Of a stretch of 64,000 nucleotides of DNA, positions 37,826-51,226 are shown piece after piece. A program made the translations under genes and the position numbers. The stretch is from Octopus bimaculoides (taxonomy: Eukaryota). Below the pieces are notes generated by a model. That model ran no database searches. It was not told the DNA's origin and worked only from the letters and a program-made list of their open reading frames with translations. Where the stretch lies: assembly GCF_001194135.2 (NCBI RefSeq), contig NC_068984.1, forward strand, positions 127,235,226-127,299,225, written 5' to 3'. How positions within the stretch are numbered: the first letter of the stretch is position 1; every line of letters begins with the position of its first letter.

Positions 37826-38661
37826 CAGGGCCGCATTAAGACTCATTGAGGCCCTAAGCACTTAAAAGATTTTGGTGCCATCATATACTCTTTTACTTGC
37901 TTCAGTCATTTGACTGTGGCCATGCTGGAGCACCGCCTTAAGTTGAGAAAATCAACCCCAGGACTTATTTTTTGTAAGCCTAGTACTTATTCTATCGGTC
38001 TCTTTTTTCCGAACCGCTAAGTTACGGGGACGTAAACACACCAGCATCGGTTGTCAAGCGATGGTGGGGGGACAAACACAGACACACAAACACGCATACA
38101 TATATATATATATGTACACATATATATGACAGGCTTCTTTCAGTTTCCGTCTACCAAATCCACTCACAAGGCTTTGGTCGGCCCAAGGCTATAGTAGAAG
38201 ACACTTGCCCAAGGTGCCACGCAATGGGACTGAACCCGGGATCATGTGGTTGGTAACCAAGCTACTTACCACACAGCCACTCCTGCGCCTATATATACGT
38301 AATTCAAAATTAAAACAGTAATAAACCATAAAATGATTTTTTTTTTGTTTTTCAAACTGAAACAAAACTAAGAGTAAGACAGGAGAAAATGTTTATTTTA
38401 TCATTTTATGCTTCCACTTTTTATTTCAAAAGTTTTCTCCCACTTTTCTCTAATTGTAAAGTCTTCAATCAAATCCTCACTATGATGCCATGAACACTTT
38501 GAAGTTATATTTCCAATCATATACACTACCTCAAATATTATTTTAGCAAGTTTAAAGTGATTTCTTTTGTGCCGTAAACAATTTACCATTTCTGTAGTGC
38601 CCCCACTTCCTTTGATGCCCTAAGCACTTGCTTATTTTGATTAATGGGTAATCCAGTGCTG
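37826..38661. mobile_element. hAT MITE (family 2) carrying a nested family A SINE (37888-38290, - strand)
   Basis: TIRs CAGGGCCGCATTAA / TAATCCAGTGCTG, degenerate TSD CATTCAAG / TATTCAGG. Colinear with the 43442 copy once the SINE is removed. Confidence 0.8.
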
Positions 38662-38865
38662 TATTCAGGCATTGGACTAAAAAGCTTTGCAGTATTTGTT
38701 CCAGCTCTTTATTTTCTGAGTTCAAATCCCACCCCTTGGTCAATTTTATCTTTTATCATTTTGGGATCAATAAAATAAAGTACCAGTAATGGGGGTCAAC
38801 ATAACTGACTAACCATCCCCAGTCAAAATTGCTGGCTTTGTGTACAAATCAGAAACAATTATGAA

Positions 38866-39097
38866 AGGCAGTGAGCTGGCAGAAACGTTAGCACACCGGG
38901 CAAAATGCTTAGCGGTATTTCGTCTGTCTTTACGTTCTGAGTTCAAATTCCGCCGAGGTCGACTTTGCCTTCCATCCTTTTAGGGTCAATAAATTAAGTA
39001 CCAGTTACGCACTGGGGTCAATGTAATCGACTTAATCCGTTTGTCTGTCCTTGCTTGTCCCCTCTATGTTTAGCCCCTTGTGGGCAATAAAGAAATA
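38866..39097 (+). mobile_element. Full-length tRNA-derived SINE, family B (reference copy)
   Basis: Head AGGCAGTGAGCTGGCAGAAACGTTAG...GAGTTCAAATTCC. Perfect 15-bp TSD AGAAACAATTATGAA at 38851-38865 and 39098-39112. Confidence 0.9.
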
Positions 39098-39574
39098 AGA
39101 AACAATTATGAAATATGAATTCCATGCATTGGTGTGGGTTCAGTGACCTTGTGGTTGGGTTCAGTCCCTTTACACAACACCTTGAGCAAGTATCTTCTAC
39201 TATAGCCCTTGGCCAACCAAAGTAGATTTGATGTGTGGAAACTGTGTGGAAGCCTATCATGTGTATATGCATATATATATATGTGTGTGTGTATACATGT
39301 ATATATCTGTGAGCGTGTCTTTGTGTTTGTTCCCTCCCCCATTGTTTGACAACTAACATTGATTTGTTTACATCCCTGTTACTTAGCAGTTCAGCAAAAG
39401 AGACAGATAGAATAAGTACCAAGTTTAAAAATAAGTCATTGGGTCAATTTCTTTGACCAAACCCTACAAGGCAGGCCCCAGCATGGCTGCAGTCCAATGA
39501 CTGAAACAAGAAAATGATAATCATAATCTGTTGCTATTTTTAATACAGGTGTTGTCTAATTTTATCTATTTCAG

Positions 39575-39720
39575 CCCTTACATGTCAAGAGGTAGTCTGA
39601 GAGACCAGGTGATCTACCCTAACACTGTCGGTGATATGAAGGCAAAAGGGTTGAGTGACAAAAACTTAGAAGAAATTCTCTCTATTGTCCACCTTCGACA
39701 TATCGTCAATCGAGAAGGGG
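39575..39720 (+). CDS. ABCD1/ABCD2: ABCD1/2-like exon 8 ([15 protein letters not shown]...HIVNREG)
   Basis: Acceptor TTTCAG|, 146 nt, donor |GTGAGT, phase 1. Confidence 0.95.
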
Positions 39721-41502
39721 GTGAGTTGCTGTTTCATTCAATTCTCAGAGTTATGTGTTGTTATATTTTTGGTCTTTTTTATATTTTGCTTGTTTCAGTC
39801 ATTAGATTGGATTGCGACCATACTGGGGCACTGTCTTGAAGAATGTTTAGTCGAATGTATCAACCCTAGTGCTTATGTTTTTTTTTAAGGCCTGGCACTA
39901 ATTCTTTTGATCTCTTTTGATGTGTGGAAACTGTGTGGAAGGGACATAAACACACCAGCACTGTTTGGCAAGTAGTGGGAGGTGGGGCAAACACAAAGAC
40001 ACACACACACACACACACACACATACACATATACGATGAGCTTCTTTCAGTTTATGTCTATCAAATCCACTTGCAAATCTGTGGTTAGCCTAAGGCTATA
40101 GTAGAAGACACTTGCCCAAGGTGTTACGCAGTGGGACTGAAACCTGAACCTTGTGGTTGGGAAGCAAGCTTCCTGAATGAACCTAACATCGTATGGTGTG
40201 GTAAAACATTCTATTTGAAACATTGCTGCATATGTAATTTAGTCGCAGTCACACTATATAGTTATGTAACTTAATTCAATTCTCTCACGTACATAATCGA
40301 AAGTGAATATTTTTATGTCAAGGGCAATAACTCTTGTTCTTAGCCTCTTTGTTTTTCGCTTTGTACCAGCATCCCTCGATGTCAAGAAATGGGCAGGTGT
40401 AACTGGGGATCAACTGATATTCTCTTATCCCATAATAGCTAATTAGCTAATTACCAGTATTATCAATTTTACTTCAAGGTAACGTGTTTCAAGTGTCGAA
40501 CTCAAATTATATTGATAAAACTATGTTTGTTAAATAGTCTAAACTGATAGGTCTTAACATACCACCTAGGATCAATAAACTTGATTTTTATCAAGCACAC
40601 ACACAGAAATGGCTTGGTAGCTGTAAAAGATTGAAGTTGTATTCAGAGAAAGCAAATAAAAGTTGAATTCTATGAAATCAGTTAAATCTAGAAAAAGGTA
40701 GTGTAGAGAATTTTCTTCTTTAATTCACTTTTCAGAAAATTCACCCAATTTCTTAACCCTTCAGCATTCAGATTACATTGTCAAATGTAATGCTTATTTA
40801 TTTACATAACTTTGAATTATTCATGCATTATCTTGTATCTTTGAGATTTCGATGATGTGATTGTTTATTATTAGAAAGATATTACCATGTAGGTTGATAG
40901 GCCAGATCTGGCTAGTTAGAACATGAAATATGTAGAATATTTGGGCCAGATTTGGTGGGTTTAAATACTAAAGAGTATTAATTAGTTACACTTAACAACC
41001 TTGTAAACCATCGTTAATCTCAATTTGTTGCCTGATTACTGATTACAATATTTGGTGTTGGTATTATGTAGAAAGGAAATCAGATTTTGTTCTCCCTCAA
41101 CATTACTTTGGATTTTTAAAAAATCACAAATGGAATTGCATTCAATATTATCCTGGTTGCTGTACTTCTATAAGACATCTATGATTAATACTGTATTGAC
41201 CAAAAGTCTTTAAATCTACCCCAAAGTTGTTGGTGTGTTCTGTAACTCTTAAGCATTTAAACCATCTACTTCCGGCTTAAATATTCTACCTGTTTTACAC
41301 CTACCCTACAATGTCATTTTAAAAAGAAACGATCACATCATTGAAATCTCACGGCAACAAGATAATGTATGATTAATTCAAAACAATGAGAATAAATAAG
41401 CAGCATATTTGAGAATAATCTGAATGCTAAAGGGATAAAAAATAGGATAATAGGAACTCCTTCACTTTTATATCTCTTATATTATAACTTTTGTATCTTC
41501 AG

Positions 41503-41587
41503 GTTGGGATGCTTCGAATGACTGGAAAGATGTGTTGTCTGGTGGAGAGAAACAACGTATGGGAATGGCAAGATTATTTTATCATAA
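41503..41587 (+). CDS. ABCD1/ABCD2: ABCD1/2-like exon 9, ABC signature ([28 protein letters not shown])
   Basis: Acceptor CTTCAG|, 85 nt, donor |GTAAGT, phase 2. Confidence 0.97.
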
Positions 41588-41754
41588 GTAAGTAACATCA
41601 TTTTCTGATATTCTGCTGGGGACACACACACACTCATACTATAATATGAAATATCCACATTAATGGTTATTGTTTCTGGAATGTACTTTTACAATTATTT
41701 GTTTTTGTTATATTAAACTTTTTCATTTTTTTTTTTTGTTTCACCTATTTCAAG

Positions 41755-41880
41755 GCCTCAGTTTGCACTGCTGGATGAATGTACAAGCGCTGTTTCTATT
41801 GATGTGGAGAGCAGTATATACCAACGGGCTAAAGATGAAGGTATTACACTGCTCACTATAACTCACCGGCCAACTCTCTG
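41755..41880 (+). CDS. ABCD1/ABCD2: ABCD1/2-like exon 10, Walker B and H-loop ([18 protein letters not shown]...ITHRPTLW)
   Basis: Acceptor TTCAAG| (AAG), 126 nt, donor |GTAAGT, phase 2. Confidence 0.95.
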
Positions 41881-43441
41881 GTAAGTAATATCAGTCTGAG
41901 AGATTGTTCAATAAATGGTAGAATAGAATGATTACTTGTTGCACCAGTTTCATTTACAGAAATAATTGCTTCAGATGAGGTTAACCCCTTTACTGCAGAA
42001 ATCAGATATATCCACTAGAAATTTCATAACCCTTAACTGTGGAAAAAAATTTTACAAACCAATCTGTCTTTTATTGCATGTCATTTTTTAAACTATTTTT
42101 GGCTGTGATATGTCAAGTTTATTGAGGGAACTTGCAGAAAATAGCGATTTTATTTTGTAATTTCGGTAATTTTATTAATGCCATCATTATGGAATAACCA
42201 TGAAACTTAACTTTGAAGTTACAGAGTTAATTATATATTTGTAATTCTCATAACAATGAGTGGGGTTGTCTGTGTTTTTTTTTTTTTTGCAACACTGAAA
42301 AAAAAGTGATGGTAGTATTTTATCATTTTTACTTATTTTAGTCATTGAACTGTGACCATGCTGGGGCACCTCTTTGAAGGGTTTAATCAAACAAAACAAC
42401 CCCAGTACTTATCTTTTAAGCTTATTCTATTGGTCACTTTTGCCAAAACTACTGACAAGATGCAAACAAACCAACACTGGTTATCAAGTAGTGGTAGAGG
42501 ACACACACACACATTTATGAATAATGAGCTTCCACACAGTTTCCATTTATCAAATTCACTCAAGGCTTTGGTCAGTTTAGGGCTATAGTAGAAGACATCT
42601 GCCCAAAGAGCCATGCAGTGGGACTGAATCTGAAGCCATCTGGTTGCAAAGCAAACTTCTACCCCACACAACCATGATTGTATATATAAAAGTTGCATAC
42701 TTCTGCTTTCTCACCAAGAGACAGCTAACAATGTCCTTAACTCTATCAAATAGTTGTTTAAACTTTCTCACAAATGTATATTTTGAGCAAAAAGAAACAG
42801 GTCAGTTTATGGAATAAACAATAGTTTCTTCTGAAAGTAACCCAGTCACCTGCTGGATTATTTTTCTCAGATGGCTGTGTTAGTTATGAAGTTTCTTGCT
42901 GGAGAAAATCTCAAGCAGAACTTGGTATCTTTCTTTTAGAAATGTGTGGATTTGTTTCTGCAATGAAATTAAGTATCAAAACATTTATATATTTAGATAG
43001 TTGTTACTGTCAGAAGCCTATGTGTTATATGATGAATTAGTGAACAGCTATTCATTTCCAGAGCTGTTTTAGTAACATTATAGGCCTCTGGGCAAATCAA
43101 TACACTGAACCCTGTAGTATTTGTTTCTTAATAGACACAGCATACATAGATCGATCATAATCGAGCCCCTTGGCAACTATGTAGTGTACCCATGTCTTAA
43201 CACCAATGCAAGTGTTCACTCCACCCCACTATATTTCTGTTTCTTTCAATCATTAGTCCTCATTCTCCCCATCTTTTGTTGTTGGTCATCTTCAAAGGTG
43301 TTTACTCAATCAGAATTGCTACCATTATCCCTACATTTACTTTCTGAAGCATTTGTGAGTTAGCAAATCTATTTCAAGAACACCCTCTATGTTCTTACTT
43401 GAATGTTTTCCTGTTACCCATTCATTTAGAAAGGGTTTAAT

Positions 43442-43867
43442 CAGGGCCGGATTAAGACCCATCGAGGCCCTAAGCACTTAAAAGATTTTGGTGCCCCATA
43501 AAAGATTATGTAATTCAAAATATAAACAATAACAAACCATAAAATTAATTTTTATTTTTCAGAACAAAATAAAACAGTAAGAGGGAAAATAATGTTTATT
43601 TTTGTATACTTCCTCTTTATTTATATTTGAAAAGTTTCCTCCTACTTTTTGGAATTGCAAAGTCTTTGATCAGATCCTCAAAATTAATCTTAGGTAACAC
43701 ATCTGCATCTATACTTAGTAAAGATAAAGGCATCCCAAATATTATTTTAGCAAGTTTAAAGTGATTTTTTTTTGTCCTGTAAACCATTTACCATTTCTAT
43801 GGTCCCTCCTTCTTCCCTTGATGCCCTAAGCACATGCTTATTTTGTTTAATGGTTAATCCAGTGCTG
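43442..43867. mobile_element. hAT MITE (family 2, 426 bp)
   Basis: TIRs CAGGGCCGGATTAA / TTAATCCAGTGCTG, perfect 8-bp TSD GGTTTAAT. Confidence 0.9.
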
Positions 43868-44466
43868 GGTTTAATGTTTCTGCAAATTTAGAACTTGCTG
43901 GAATATTTGAAGAGGTTGTTTCACAGTTAATGTTGAATCAAAGGAACAACAGCACAATGATTATATACATTCTGGACTGAAGATGATTAAGATTGCTGTT
44001 AGTTTATTATAGAAATATGTGAGATAGTTTGTTGTAATTATGATCCTTATAGCACGAGGCAAATGACTTTTCTATGAATGTGATCTGGTGTAGACTGTAC
44101 AGTGAACAGTTCTGCACAATGTGTACATGGGTGGGGTGGGGGTGGGGTGTTTGACACATTGTAGAATTACTAACTGCTCAACACTGAAATATTTCTTGCT
44201 TCTGAAAAGAAAATAAATCCATTACCATTTAACTATAGAGAACCATCATAAGAGGCAACTATACTTAACTGTATCAATCAGTCACATGATGACCTGAGAA
44301 TGGTATAACATCAAGCTAGATGCAAGAGTTGTGCTTCTTACTTAACTCAGTTTTAACAACAAGGCTAAAATCTTTACTTTTAGTTTTAGCATTTTTGTTT
44401 TTCAATAAATAATCAATTTTGTGAGTTCAGGATTGGAGTTAAAGTATATAATATCAATTTTGACAG

Positions 44467-44728
44467 GAAGTTCCATTCACATTTGTTACAATTTGATGGA
44501 GAAGGAGGCTGGCTGATGGAGGTTCTTGATACAGATACCAGACTTTCTTTGAATGAAGAGAAACAACAACTGGAGAAACAACTTGCTGGTGTACCAAAGA
44601 TGCAACAACGACTGCATGAGTTGTGTTCTGTCTTGGGTGAAGACTCTGTACTTCTTGATAAACATTCACTGCCAAATGATGACAGTGCTCTTGATACAGA
44701 CAGCTGCCTGATTGATCAGCAAGACTGA
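44467..44728 (+). CDS. ABCD1/ABCD2: ABCD1/2-like exon 11, last coding exon ([15 protein letters not shown]...[15 protein letters not shown]...IDQQD*)
   Basis: Acceptor TGACAG|, stop TGA at 44726-44728. The exon lengths sum to 2289 nt with no frameshift. Confidence 0.95.
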
Positions 44729-45488
44729 TTCTCGTTCTGATATCACTTTTGGTAAGAATATTTAAGTTTCTTTGACAACTGAATCCACTTTCTGTAGAAC
44801 TCTGAGGTCTTAAAAGCTATTTTCAAGTCTTGTTTTTAGAGAAAAAAATGTGACTTACATGCTATCAAATACAATACATGAAGTAATTTGTATGTTAAAA
44901 ATTTATTTACTTTGTCTGAGACATCCAGAGTATTAAATTTGTCTATAATGACAACATTTTAAAATAATGTTCCATCGCTTTCTCTAATTCCGTTTTTTCT
45001 CCCGTTCACCATTTTCTTTCCATCTGTCTGTCTGTCTGTCTCTCTCTCGTTGCTCACACATGACCAATCATCCATCTTTTTTCCTCATGTGATGAACTTT
45101 CTTTTCCTTCACGGCTGTCGTAGAGACTGCACATATCCCATCTGTCTCTTCTCTTCTATCTTTCCTCTTGTCAAAGAGAATATTTCTCCAGCATTCACCA
45201 TTTAACCTCGTCTGGTCTAACAAACATCCATGTTTGTTTTCGTTCGGTTTCCTTGTATGTCTCCACTGTCCTGTTTCTGCTACCAACTTAGACCCGCCAC
45301 AAATCCCAAATTTTATTTTGGTTTGCGGGAGCAACTGCCCTTCGAAGACTCATATTGTTGTTCAATGTTCAACATGAGGAGTAGATGGAGAGCTGACAAC
45401 TGATGAAGGGTCGTTCTTTATGTTACTTGTCCAGTTTTCCATTTCTTTCTCTCGTTTATGTATTCAACTCTTTTGTTTNNNNNNNNNN

Positions 45489-45520
<32 letters not shown>

Positions 45521-45602
45521 TGAGAGAAAAGAACCAATTTTTAATAAATTGATTTTAATTGAGATTTTACCTGTAATTTTGGATTTTTATCCCTAATATT
45601 AT

Positions 45603-45635
<33 letters not shown>

Positions 45636-45999
45636 ACATATACGCATATGTATATATATATTATTTATTTTAAAATAATACCTGTTGATGTCTTACTGTG
45701 GTTCTCTCATATTTCAAGGACACAGACATTACTTCTTGTTGTCTTCTACCAGACAAGTAAAAAGTCTAACACAATTTTCAGTAACAATAAATGGAAACTG
45801 TGTAGCATTTATGCCTAATCGCCAGGACAGTAATATAAAAGTAGTTTAGAAGTGATAAACAGATAAGATTATGCATAGCATGACATTTTTTTACACATAC
45901 ATAACATAACCAGTTTATTTTGTTTCACTGAATTTTAAATGTTCATTTCTTTTTCTTTTTCTTTTCTCTCTCTCTTTTTTTAATTTTTTTTATTTTTAG

Positions 46000-46955
46000 G
46001 TATTTCACATTTCCTGAATAAATGTTGCGCTGACCCAAATAGGTGTTACTGACCAAGAAAGAACTTCTAACATGGGGGACATTATTTCATTATTAAGAAG
46101 AGAAACATGTTGTATTTTCTATTAACTAAATTTAAACATTTAACTTCGTTTGACATTGTTGAATCAAAACCTGAAATTACCAGCAGAATTTTAATGTTAA
46201 AACTCTGCATTTTTATCTCTCATAAAGCAAACTTTCACTTGATCTCAAGTTGTGATCATGTTTCAGTAAGTTTACTTCATCTATTTTTAAATACAACTTT
46301 TCACATATTCTGACACATAATTTGTCTCTCAGTTTGGTAGGGAGTCAGTGGGACTTTACTTTACTAATCCCTATCTGACAGAAAGGATTTCAATTCTATT
46401 GAGCACTTACTTTCTGACTGTTCTCTGGCCCATCACTCTCTTCTACTTCAGATAAACCTTTTAATACAACCTAAGATATGAACTCAGGACTATCAACCAA
46501 ATTCAGTAATTGATCCAATATTAAATACTTTCTTAAAAATGTGATTAAGGTTAAGTCTAAAAGTATTTTAGTAACTTATTCGAACAGTTATATATGGAAC
46601 ATTTCCAGAGTTACAATAAACAAGAAAATCACAGGTAGCAACAGGTGTTTTGTGGAGAAACTGTGAAATATCTCAATCAAACCCTGAACATCATCTTCAA
46701 CTGCAAACAAAGAATGGAGCCTTAATATTGTTAATATGATTTTATATTTTATTTTTACAGTATTTCATATCAAATTGCAATCATGGATTAACATGGTTGA
46801 TTTCTGCCAAACATCACACTGTTGTGTGTTCAGTTTGTTTGTTTGTTTTTTTTTTTCTCACATTTTAAATAAACAATTTAGCTTCAGTTAATTTGGCTTT
46901 TCTGTGTCATCTTGTGTCTTATATTTGTTAATAAATGACATTCCTATTGCTTTGT
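46000..46955 (+). other. Probable non-coding terminal (3'-UTR) exon of the ABCD gene
   Basis: Very long polypyrimidine tract ending TTTTTAG| at 45999, matching donor TTTG|GTAAGA at 44752. AATAAA at 46868-46873 and 46930-46935. Confidence 0.55.
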
Positions 46956-47084
46956 CATAATATCAGCATTGATTGAAAACATTTACTAGGGTGATAAGAT
47001 GCTCGACCCAGGTGCAATATACTAAACTGGAGCTGCATAGCTTTGCCATTATAGCATAGGAAAGCCTGATTCTCTGAAATATTT

Positions 47085-47310
47085 ATTTCTTTATTGCCCA
47101 CAGGGGGCTAAACATAGAGAGGACAAACAAGGACAGATGAAGGGATTAAGTTGATTACATCGACCCCAGTGCATAACTGGTACTTATTTAAATTGACCCA
47201 TAAAAGGATGAAAGGCAAAGTCGACCTCAGTAGAATTTGAACTCAGAACGTAACGGCAGACGAAATACTGTTAAGCATTTCACCCAGTGTGCTAACGATT
47301 CTGCCAATAA
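47085..47310 (-). mobile_element. Family B SINE between the two convergent 3' ends
   Basis: Reverse complement of the 38866 copy, including its CCCTTGTGGGCAATAAAGAAATA-type tail. Confidence 0.8.
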
Positions 47311-47824
47311 ACATTTACATGATCAGTAAATATATAAGTGAGAAGAAATGTGTTCCCTGTTAGTGATTAGTGAATTTAGATTGAAAATCAAGATGGATGG
47401 GAGAAAACCCACTCATAACATCTGTTTTATGATGAGAAAAGAAATACCGAAGCAAGTCCTGCACTGGCAATTTCTATAACATGTCCAAAAGAGAGCTAAC
47501 GAAAAAACTTAATTATATAATGTTCTCAATCCTTAAACAGTACATAATCATGGTACCTATTTACAATCAGGTGGACTTGGCCAACAGAAGTCATAGACTG
47601 ATTACTGGACATCTTATCAATCCAGTAGCTTCAGTGAATAGGAAAGAACAAAGACAGACCGCAATAAAATGGGTTCCACTCACCTTTTGAACTGTTTTAA
47701 GTAAGAATATTATTTTCAACAATTCATCTATTTTATACAATTGAGAGATTGTGTGTGTGAGATCAAGTGATAAATATATTCAAAAGACAAAAATACATTT
47801 AGTCACATACAAATAAACAAGTCT

Positions 47825-50800
47825 CAAGTGTTTATAAACCAGTTTTATTGAAAAATTCTTTTATATTCCCCTCCCCCCCAAGAGACATTTTCATAGCAAA
47901 ACAAAAAAAAAATTGTTATTCAAGATTTGTTTCATGTTTTCAATGAATTGCCAAGCAAGTCCAACATAATACAGCAAGTGGGTGGGGGGGAACCTTAGTT
48001 TGAAAAAATAGACATGCTGTAATATAGATTTGAGGCAACTGTGTTGGTGAACTAGGGGAAAAGCAGCTGAGCTGGGGTTGTGTCATTAGTGGGGAAAGGT
48101 TTAGGCAAACACAGGTGGAGTGAGCAAAGAGACATGGGGGAGATATATATTATATATATGTACATATACAGTGGAAACTGTGAAAGTAGGTTCTATACCT
48201 AGTGTCTTACACAGTCTATTGTGTTTTTGGTGTATAAAAAAAACAACAAAAAAAGACTTTGATGAGAACCAGCTTTATGGTATTGGAATGTTTAACTGCA
48301 GATGGGAATGTGTGAAAGAGATGTATTTGTTACAATGAAATGTCAGATAAAGTTTATTAAGCAAGCAGAGTGCAAGGCAGAAAAAAACCTAGATGATTGG
48401 ACAGTTTGCCCACTAGAAAATATAGTCTGACATATATGGAAAGCTGCCCTGTAAAAGACTTACACAACATCAGAATAATGGCTGAAAGTTATCTCTCTAT
48501 TGGTCCAATAAAAAACAAGTTCCTAAATGAAATAAAAAGCCAAAACACAGCATTTAAACTGTGGACATTTTTACTGGAACTTATCAACTCTTTCTTCTTC
48601 ACTAAATTGATCCCTATGGCCTATAACCACAACAATTAGGTCTCATTAACAAACATAATAACAGATTGTAGTTCTTGTCAAGATTTTAATCTGTTGGTCA
48701 ATAATTTGCCAGTTAACAACAGACAAAAGTTTTTCATTATTTAGAATCAGTTGGGTCCAAAATTAAAAGAAGTCATAGTTATTACATCTATGTTTTACAT
48801 CCATTCACATCTATGATATTATATAGAAATGTTTAGTCAATCTGATATTTAACTGGTACTTTATTTTATCAACCCCTGGACAGGAGTGGAACTCAGAATG
48901 TAAAGGGCTATAGTTAAATAGCATAGGCATTTTACAGTCCTGCCAATCTACAAAATTGACATTATTAAAAGAAAATATTTTGTAGTTTGTATCAGTCCAT
49001 TATTTTGCTAATGACCACCAAATAATCTTACTACTTTACAGGAAATTATTAACATACCACTGAGTTTTATAAGAGAGAGAGAGAAAGAGATGGCAGTTAA
49101 ACAAAACCAAAGCCTTAAAAATTAATAATAACAGTGTTCTTTCTTGAACTAATCAATGATATTTTGAACATTTTAAGAAACAAACTGACTCCAATACTGT
49201 GGAGACCAGACATGTTTTGTTGTGAACTTAGGTTATGTATTAGACTGTTGTATATTCAGCTACAGGAGGACTGAATTACAGACTTGAGAAAAACTTTGTA
49301 TCAAATGCGCACAGCACATATTGTTATGATATATCATTATTATTATTGATGCTGTGTTACATCATGAAATTATCAAGTCTTTTGATTTGCATGAAACAAA
49401 TTCCTAGCAATAAATATCTATTAATCCCTCTTCAAGTGTTCCTGTCATTGTAGTAAGGTCTCTTGAGTTAAAAACAGTTTGAACAACTAGGATATGAAAA
49501 CCTTGCAACTGAGAAGCATAAACCATCTCAACAGACCATGATACTGCTTATGTGATAACTACCACGATTGTGGCTGGTGTTAGTAAAGACATTTCAGCTG
49601 TATAGCTCTCAGAGAATTCTTTAGAGAGATGGTACTGCCACAACTAGCTAACAAGAACCAGTAAAATGGTATGGTGTACACACCTGGACAGTAAGTGATA
49701 TTGAAAAAATAGGAATATAGTCATAGCCCTGCAAATCATACATGATATTTATGAGACCTTTAATCTTGCTTCCTTTTACATGTGAGAATAAACCAAAATG
49801 AGGCAATAAATATATCTATCTTAAGGAGGGATGTTGGGAAAATGTCGGCTAATGTAATACATATAGTTGACATTGGTGTAGGGAAGAAGTGAATGGCTGA
49901 GGATGAAGAAAGGGTCAACAAATTGTATCACAAGAATTTTATATGTTTATAGCGTAGTGTAGTGTGGTGTGGTAGGATGTGTGTAGTCCTACATAGTATA
50001 TGTTTAGAATGATAGCATGTATGGAGATTGTAGAGATTTTTGTGTAGTGTAGAAAGATGTTATATTGTAGTAATGTGTGTAGTGTGATGTTGAAGAGTGT
50101 CAAAAAGTACAAGGCAGAAGATGAAGATGATTAAAAAACAGAAACATCAGAGACAAGGATACAATCAACATGATAGGGCTTGAGACAAAGTTTTGTTCAT
50201 CTGTTAGCAAGAGCAGGGCAGTGAACCCTTGATTGAAGAAAAACACAACGATTAATAGAACTGAAAATCAGATTACAAGGTAGAAATTAGTGAACAGTGG
50301 GAATATAGTGCCAAAGAGAGGAGGAATGTGATAATATATCATCGTTATCATCAGGAATGTTAATATCAAATAAGAATATTTGTCTCAAGTAAAAGGACAC
50401 TGAGTTTCTATTGCAATATAAGGTTTGTGTTGAAGGGATTTAAATTTATTGGTATACAGCAATACAGTATGATTAAGGATTAGTAAGCAACAACTTATAC
50501 AGTCATTGCTTAATATAAACATGTAACCAATAAATTATTGTCATTGTCATCGTCATCGTTGTTATCAAAATCCATAAACTTCAGAATAATGTTTTATCAT
50601 GGAATTAAGGTAGTTTTTAAAATTTCCTTTGTTGTTGTTGTTGTTGCTATTGTTGAAAATATATAAAGTAAAAAATATCAAGGAACCTTAAATCAGGGTG
50701 AACATTATGACTGGAGTTTGGGGAACAGGACATGTGACTAGCCACTTCTTCAAATGACTTCAGGTAGCAATGTGCACTAAATTCATATTACAAGGTATTT

Positions 50801-51226
50801 TATGCATATAGCAGCTTGTTGCACAACATCAATGGTGCAGTTATCACAGCAATGAAACAGTAACATCTAGTAGAATTCTTCAAAGCAAAGACAGGACTAA
50901 AAGTAAGAACTACATCTCCATTTGTATTTAAACCTTTAATTTGTGTAATATAATAATTAAAACAAATCATCTTTGTAGATTATACAAGTATATCATGCCT
51001 TCAGATCTGCGTAAAAGGAATTTTTGATCTACATACACAGGAAATTGAAAAGTGATGTTCATAATTTTCCTAACAGCATAAATGAAGTAAATAATCTGTC
51101 AACTAATTTAACATCAACACCTGGCCCGTAGAGGTCTCTAGTGGAGTACTCTTTGTTGTAAGCATTTGATGTAGGTCTCCAGTTTGAGGATACCTTTCTT
51201 CCTTCTACCTACCAGGGTCAGAGGCT
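47825..51226 (-). other. Candidate last exon of the AP1AR-like gene (codes SL* then about 3.4 kb of 3'-UTR)
   Basis: Minus-strand acceptor TTTTTTTCAG| at 51227, in-phase AGC CTC TGA. Minus-strand AATAAA at 47849-47844 followed by GU/U-rich sequence. The interval is SINE-poor. Confidence 0.4.

Noticed and set aside
45338-45410. Second hammerhead candidate (CCCTTCGAAGAC ... CTGATGAAGGG, type II order)
   Set aside because: The core reads GAAG instead of GAAA, stem II is misregistered, and no convincing stem I or NUH site was found; at best it is a decayed relic
51060-51215. Longer coding exon on the - strand in other frames (e.g. PLTLVGRRKKGILKLETYIK)
   Set aside because: The upstream exon ends in phase 0, which gives SL*; the other frames have no compatible donor or recognisable homology
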